Position numbers and translations under genes: made by a program. From a virus, in IMG/VR virus record IMGVR_UViG_3300031965_000011, positions 1 to 64,000 of that record: a DNA stretch of 64,000 nt; one strand, given 5' to 3'. Position 1 is the first letter of the stretch; every line of letters starts with the position of its first letter. The notes under the pieces were generated by a model that was given only the letters and a program-made list of their open reading frames with translations, ran no database searches and was not told the origin of the DNA. Shown in pieces: positions 59,985 through 64,000 of this stretch.

Positions 59985-60617
59985 ATGCATGTGAGCGGAT
60001 CTATGGGCAGAATGACCGACGAGGAAAAGTCCGAACAGGAGGCCAGATACAAGAAAGCGGGGCGCATCGTGAAGGCCCTGCGGTGGAACCGGCTGCGACT
60101 CACGCAGGACGGGCTTGCCTCTGCGATTGGGGTTACCCAATCGGCGATCTCTCGCTACGAAAAAGGCAAGATCCCAGCGGACGGAGCGGCAGCGCGCTAT
60201 CTGCTATTGCAATTCCTGATGCTCCGGCTCAGCGACACGGAAGAGTTTCGGGAATTGGCGGCGTTGCTAGGGGTTTCCCTGGATACGCTGGCCCCTGCGT
60301 TGCCCGGCGAAAGCGGCAAAGAAGGAATGGAAAGGTTGGCGAGCCGGATGGGGGCTACGGTCATCTACGATGCGCCGGTACTGCACCTGCCGGGGCCGGA
60401 ATTTTCCGACTGTACGGCAGAAGAGCACGCCTTTCTAGTGGACGCCCTCAAGGCGTACCGCTACCTGAATCGAACGCGCGATGAATGGGGATTCCTCAAG
60501 AGGATGGTTGACGAGGTGCGGGCGAAGTCCAAGATATTCGACGAAGAAGAGTCCAGTCGACCCGGCACGGCTGCGCCGAAAGGACGAGCGCCGAAAGGGC
60601 GAGCGCCGCAGCTATGA
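59985..60617 (+). CDS. cI-like repressor (XRE-family HTH)
   Basis: LRLTQDGLASAIGVTQSAISRYEKGK HTH_3 motif. Start uncertain (59940, 59985, 60003 and 60012 are all possible). Confidence 0.65.
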   Translation: MHVSGSMGRMTDEEKSEQEARYKKAGRIVKALRWNRLRLTQDGLASAIGVTQSAISRYEKGKIPADGAAARYLLLQFLMLRLSDTEEFRELAALLGVSLDTLAPALPGESGKEGMERLASRMGATVIYDAPVLHLPGPEFSDCTAEEHAFLVDALKAYRYLNRTRDEWGFLKRMVDEVRAKSKIFDEEESSRPGTAAPKGRAPKGRAPQL

Positions 60618-60977
60618 GCGCCTGAACCCCAGATAAACCCAGCGCCCCGCAAGGAAAATAGCCCAGCCGCCCATATAAACCCCTAGCCCGCCCTGGGCCG
60701 CATAGCGGACCGGCAGCTGCCACGCTACGTGACAGGCATCCGCGGTCGCCTCCGCTCTCGCCTTGCGGGTCTGGGCCAAGCGTTCAGCGTTTTCGATCCG
60801 CGCTCCATCGCCGCTACGGCGAGCGCTCGACAGTACTCGTTCCGCCAACGCCAGCTCGCCCTGCGCGTCAACCGCAATCCAATGGGCGGCCCTGTATTCC
60901 GGCCAGACGTAGTAGCACGACAGCCCGGCGGTCGCGACGGCTGCGATGATCAGGATTCGGTGCAGGCCTCTTAGCAT
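60612..60977 (-). CDS. Membrane protein convergent with the repressor (possible superinfection-exclusion function)
   Basis: Hydrophobic helices at both ends (ILIIAAVATAGLSCYYVW; GGWAIFLAGRWVYLGF). The functional suggestion rests on position only. Confidence 0.4.
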   Translation of the reverse strand: MLRGLHRILIIAAVATAGLSCYYVWPEYRAAHWIAVDAQGELALAERVLSSARRSGDGARIENAERLAQTRKARAEATADACHVAWQLPVRYAAQGGLGVYMGGWAIFLAGRWVYLGFRRS

Positions 60978-61128
60978 TGCCCCCCTAGTTTACGTCATCC
61001 ACTGATTTTTTCGTCGAACGGTCAAAGGGCTTTGTTTGCAAGGCGAGAGCGAGCGTACGACCAGCACGCGACCGCCCGGATCGCGGTTATCAGTTGCTTG
61101 GGCCTAGTAAATTTACCAGAACTCTGCT

Positions 61129-61134
61129 TATAAT
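61129..61134 (+). promoter_or_regulatory. Consensus -10 hexamer TATAAT in the intergenic region upstream of 61188
   Basis: Perfect TATAAT in a GC-rich genome, but the -35 is weak. Confidence 0.3.
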
Positions 61135-61187
61135 CGCGGTGCGCCCGAAGTCCTCCCCGCCAGTACCAAGAGAGAGGGATCGATCCA

Positions 61188-61484
61188 TTGAGTAAGCAGA
61201 TTCAGTTCCCGGCGAGAGTAGCTCCAGCCACCGATTCAGACATTGACAAATTAAACATCCTCGACGCAGAGATCACAACGCGGGTTGATGCACGCACCAG
61301 GATCGCAGAACACCTTCTTGATCAGTTGGCGGCCGGTAAGGTGTACGCAGCAGCCCGACGAGACGCCGTAAAGACTCCAGCAGGCGCAGTCAAGGAGTAT
61401 TTGGTTATCGGCTCAGAGATTCGTTACCAGCGGATTGCTCAGGTGGTGGCCGTTGTACCCAAGCCGACTACGCACCCTACATAA
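61188..61484 (+). CDS. Hypothetical protein
   Basis: 98-aa ORF with a TTG start. Confidence 0.35.
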   Translation: MSKQIQFPARVAPATDSDIDKLNILDAEITTRVDARTRIAEHLLDQLAAGKVYAAARRDAVKTPAGAVKEYLVIGSEIRYQRIAQVVAVVPKPTTHPT

Positions 61485-61489
61485 ACTGC

Positions 61490-61519
61490 TTGACATACTG
61501 GGTAAGGCCTTGCTATCCT
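61490..61519 (+). promoter_or_regulatory. Candidate promoter TTGACA-N18-TATCCT
   Basis: TTGACA at 61490-61495 and TATCCT at 61514-61519, followed by about 155 nt with no ORF. Confidence 0.35.
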
Positions 61520-61674
61520 ACTTCCGTGGGTAGCCCGTAACCGCATCTCACCGCAGGCCGCCAGGGGCCTACCGTCCGTCGCGGAGGACATAAAACACAC
61601 CGCGCCTGAGCGCACTTGGCCAATGGGTTTGGCCCGTGCGGTACCGCTGTCTCTAGAAATCACGGACATTCTAC

Positions 61675-62064
61675 GTGGGATCGATACAGGTTGCAGTAAA
61701 GATCCAAGGTAAGCGTCAGCGAACCTACTGGCGAAGCCCTGAAGAGGCTGAGGACGCGTTCGCCCAAGGGTTCGCAACAAAATCACAGGGCGGGGCTTAT
61801 CTCTACAGGGTGTTCCCGGTTTTAAACGCTGAGGGCCAGGCTTTACGAACGACGGATTGGCGCGAAGGTCGAACGCTGGTTCGCGACGGGCACGCCCGCA
61901 TCGTCAAGACGAAGCGCGGCCCGATGCTAGCCGTTGGCCAGGTCAAGCCGAACGTGCGCACGGCGGTCAGTCGCGAGCACATCAGCCATGAAACGCGCAA
62001 CAACCCGCCGCGGGTGTATGCGCACCGCTGGAAGCCCGGCTTAGATCATCAGGTTTGCGGATGA
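61675..62064 (+). CDS. Hypothetical protein
   Basis: 129-aa ORF with a GTG start. Confidence 0.35.
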   Translation: MGSIQVAVKIQGKRQRTYWRSPEEAEDAFAQGFATKSQGGAYLYRVFPVLNAEGQALRTTDWREGRTLVRDGHARIVKTKRGPMLAVGQVKPNVRTAVSREHISHETRNNPPRVYAHRWKPGLDHQVCG

Positions 62065-62213
62065 GCAAGAAAATCAAGAAGGCGATACGGGATGCGGTTC
62101 GCCTAGGGCTAATTGGCCCCGGTCCGATTAAGCGATTCGTTGACCGCAGCTTCGAAAAACCAATCTCGCCGTCAGTAATTGAGTGCGAAATCTGTCGCGC
62201 TCGCGGTCGATGA
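62061..62213 (+). CDS. Small ORF (50 aa, below the track threshold)
   Basis: Hand translation MSKKIKKAIRDAVRLGLIGPGPIKRFVDRSFEKPISPSVIECEICRARGR. ATGA coupling on both sides. Confidence 0.3.
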   Translation: MSKKIKKAIRDAVRLGLIGPGPIKRFVDRSFEKPISPSVIECEICRARGR

Positions 62214-62635
62214 TTCCCAAGTTCACCGCTTATGTCGAGCAGGGCGGAAAGCTCAAGCTCCATAACCGGCAAGCCTACGAAGAGTACGTCTACGAGTTGG
62301 CCGGCAAGATCGTCTCGGTGACGGTGGCGCCGCGCAAGGCCGCCAGGTCGAACCAGCAAAACCGATACTACTGGGGCGTCGTCGTCAAGCTGCTGACCGA
62401 GGCCATCGGCATGGCGGCCGAAGACGTCCACAACGCTCTCAAGTACCACTACCTAGGGGAATCACCCTCAGAGAAAGCGCCGATCCTGGCCCGTTGTAGG
62501 GCGAAGTCGAGCACGTCGCTGACCACCAAAGAGTTTGCCGAGTTCGTTGATCAAGTGATTGCGGACGCGGCGGACGGCTCGCTTACGGGCGCGCCGGTGA
62601 TGATTCCGCTGCCGAATGAAGTAGATGGGTTTTGA
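62210..62635 (+). CDS. NinB/Orf-like recombination mediator
   Basis: RSNQQNRYYWGVV...KSSTSLTTKEFAEFVDQVIADAA parallels lambda NinB RSLDQNRKLWACL...QSTSRMRVGEFAELLELIQAFG. Confidence 0.5.
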   Translation: MIPKFTAYVEQGGKLKLHNRQAYEEYVYELAGKIVSVTVAPRKAARSNQQNRYYWGVVVKLLTEAIGMAAEDVHNALKYHYLGESPSEKAPILARCRAKSSTSLTTKEFAEFVDQVIADAADGSLTGAPVMIPLPNEVDGF

Positions 62636-62641
62636 GTAGGC

Positions 62642-62896
62642 AGTAGAATCAGAGGGTTTTCGAGTAGAATCAGAGGGTTTTCGAGTAGAATCAGAGGGTT
62701 TTCGAGTAGAATCAGAGGGTTTTCGCCTCAGGCAGTAGAATCAGAGGGTTTTCGAGTAGAATCAGAGGGTTTTCGAGTAGAATCAGAGGGTTTTCGAGTA
62801 GAATCAGAGGGTTTTCGAGTAGAATCAGAGGGTTTTCGCCTCAGGCAGTAGAATCAGAGGGTTTTCGCCTCAGGCAGTAGAATCAGAGGGTTTTCG
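62642..62896. repeat. Tandem array: 11 perfect copies of the 21-bp unit AGTAGAATCAGAGGGTTTTCG, with three identical 8-bp CCTCAGGC inserts
   Basis: Copies start at 62642, 62663, 62684, 62705, 62734, 62755, 62776, 62797, 62818, 62847 and 62876. Inserts lie at 62726-33, 62839-46 and 62868-75. A degenerate copy sits at 62619-62641. Confidence 0.95.
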
Positions 62897-63061
62897 CGGC
62901 CAACCCGGCTCACGGCGCTCGGACTGATAGCGTTTGACCGCAGCGGGCGGAATCGACCAGTCGCGCTGAATCTTGATCCCCTTGAGTTTCCCCCGGCTCA
63001 GCAGCTTGAGGACTGCCGAGCGGGAGATCTTGAGGCGTTCGGCGGCTTGGTTGGTGGTCAT
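62870..63061 (-). CDS. HTH_17 / excisionase-type DNA-binding protein
   Basis: MTTNQAAERLKISRSAVLKLLSRGKLKGIKIQRDWSIPPAAVKRY. The last 9 codons and the stop lie inside the tandem array. Confidence 0.5.
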   Translation of the reverse strand: MTTNQAAERLKISRSAVLKLLSRGKLKGIKIQRDWSIPPAAVKRYQSERREPGWPRKPSDSTA

Positions 63062-63258
63062 GCTACATACAGCTTTTCGGCGGCTGCCAACCTGGCCCAA
63101 AGCTCGGCCATCTGACCGGTACGCGCGGCTTCGTCGTAGTTCGACCTCGCGCAGGGCTTGCACATCCGGGGGCCGCCGTCGTCTTTGACCATCGCCCCGG
63201 CGATCCAGCTCCATTGGGTGCTGCTGGTTTTTTTTAGGTGTTTGCTGCTTGCGATCAT
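63058..63258 (-). CDS. Small hypothetical protein
   Basis: 66 aa from ATG 63258, preceded by AGGAG. ATGA coupled to the HTH gene. Confidence 0.35.
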   Translation of the reverse strand: MIASSKHLKKTSSTQWSWIAGAMVKDDGGPRMCKPCARSNYDEAARTGQMAELWARLAAAEKLYVA

Positions 63259-63269
63259 GTCTGTATCTC

Positions 63270-63512
63270 CTATTGCCAGTCGGTGGCCTTGCCCGTAGTC
63301 GTGTCGATTGTGCTGACGCATCGCCCGGCGCGCGTCTCGACGTCAATACAAGTCCCCGCCACGCCGCGCTGCTCGGCGGCGAACTCCGAAGCGTACTTTC
63401 TCGCGGCTTCCAGGCTAGGGAACGTCGCAGCGGCAGGGTAGCGGAACCACTTGCCGTCGCCGCCGCGCTGTCTCTTGAGTACCTTGTGCGTCCATTTGCG
63501 TTTGTCTGTCAT
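63270..63512 (-). CDS. Small hypothetical protein
   Basis: 80 aa from ATG 63512, preceded by AGGAG. A candidate TTGACA promoter lies upstream (complement of 63559-63564). Confidence 0.35.
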   Translation of the reverse strand: MTDKRKWTHKVLKRQRGGDGKWFRYPAAATFPSLEAARKYASEFAAEQRGVAGTCIDVETRAGRCVSTIDTTTGKATDWQ

Positions 63513-63590
63513 GTCCGTAGCTCCTATGCCTATATAGTCGCACACGTCGGACAGAGTGTCAACAACAAAAACGCAGAATCGTGAAAATGA

Positions 63591-63875
63591 TTGCAATGGC
63601 TCGAATGGATACGCACGCAGCGCTGTATTGCTTGCGGAGCGTTACCGCCCAATGAAGCGGCGCACTTCCACGACGGCACGCAAGGCATAGCCCTCAAAGC
63701 CTGTGACTCCAATGCTTTGCCGTTGTGTAGAGTGTGTCATCGAGACGGGGAATTGGCGTACCACCGCATAGGGGAAGCAAGATTCTGTGATTCGTTCGAG
63801 ATTGATCCGGCCCGCACCCGAAAAACGCTGCAGCTTCGCTATGAGCGGATCTACGGACGATCTATCGGAAGCTGA
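63591..63875 (+). CDS. DUF968-like zinc/HNH-like protein
   Basis: CIACG...AHFHDG...GIALKACDSNALPLCRVCHRDGELAYH resembles DUF968 prophage proteins. TTG start. Confidence 0.4.
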   Translation: MQWLEWIRTQRCIACGALPPNEAAHFHDGTQGIALKACDSNALPLCRVCHRDGELAYHRIGEARFCDSFEIDPARTRKTLQLRYERIYGRSIGS

Positions 63876-64000
63876 GCGCCGGCTGCTCTGGCGCGTGGTG
63901 TTACTGGCGGTACAGGACTGGTCCGCGCAGCAGCCTCCGACGAGAGGGAGTCACCTTGGCGCCGGTCGCATTGAAGCGCTCCAGCGAGAAGCCGAGAGGT
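63841..64000 (+). CDS. Partial ORF running off the window end
   Basis: ATG 63841 (MSGSTDDLSEAERRLLWRVV...) is open to position 64000 and overlaps the previous gene end. Confidence 0.25.
   Translation, partial: MSGSTDDLSEAERRLLWRVVLLAVQDWSAQQPPTRGSHLGAGRIEALQREAER

Larger units (their letters stand above)
1..64000. mobile_element. Temperate tailed-phage genome segment (siphovirus-like order), apparently in attP / non-integrated form
   Basis: Continuous phage modules: tail chaperone frameshift plus tape measure plus J-like gene; integrase plus partial-tRNA attP embedded between phage genes; cI/Cro-like region; RecT, DnaB, DnaG. No recognisable host housekeeping genes on either side. Confidence 0.8.

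Noticed and set aside
62642-62896. Possible CRISPR array
   Set aside because: The 21-bp units are directly adjacent or separated only by an identical 8-bp insert. There are no unique spacers, no cas genes, and the unit is shorter than typical CRISPR repeats. It is a plain tandem repeat.
1-64000. Prophage boundaries / host flanks
   Set aside because: I found no second att copy, no full tRNA and no host-like housekeeping gene at either end. Both ends of the window are still inside phage-like genes, so no boundary can be called.

Overview
The whole 64 kb window reads as one high-GC temperate tailed phage, siphovirus-like by gene order. It appears to be in the non-integrated (attP) configuration, because phage genes flank the integrase/attP locus on both sides and no host genes are recognisable.

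Plus-strand block, 1-36.5 kb:
- Late/structural genes: head-completion and head-tail genes, a putative major tail protein, and an intrinsic terminator.
- A tail-chaperone pair with a -1 frameshift site (A_AAA_AAC), then the tape measure.
- A lambda gpM-like protein, an M15 peptidase fusion and a 1490-aa J-like protein.
- A 16 kb run of eight ORFs that all begin with signal-peptide-like N-termini. It includes a 2234-aa repeat fibre, a LamG-like protein, two beta-helix proteins and a PKD-containing protein.
- A metallophosphoesterase and a dNMP-kinase-like gene close the block.

Minus-strand block, 36.5-59.9 kb, one long early operon:
- Cro-like gene, RecT, Cas4-like nuclease, sliding clamp, DnaB, an SNF2-helicase/methyltransferase fusion and a MazG-like protein.
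- A DUF1064-like nuclease, a replication organiser with embedded iterons, a HicB-like protein, a C5-methyltransferase and an ASCH-like protein.
- Two excisionase-type HTH genes, a tyrosine integrase, an attP built on the 3-prime half of an initiator tRNA-Met, an HNH-AP2 endonuclease and a DnaG primase.

Right end, 59.9-64 kb: a cI-like repressor region, a NinB-like gene and small HTH genes.

The most unusual non-coding structures are:
- a perfect 11-copy 21-bp tandem array at 62.6-62.9 kb;
- two in-phase (NNGCC)n pentamer tracts, each abutting a 12-bp perfect palindrome;
- three families of conserved intercistronic junction cassettes.

All functional names come from motifs I recognise by eye. 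No database search was run. Many antisense ORFs in the supplied track are high-GC shadow frames and are not reported as features.
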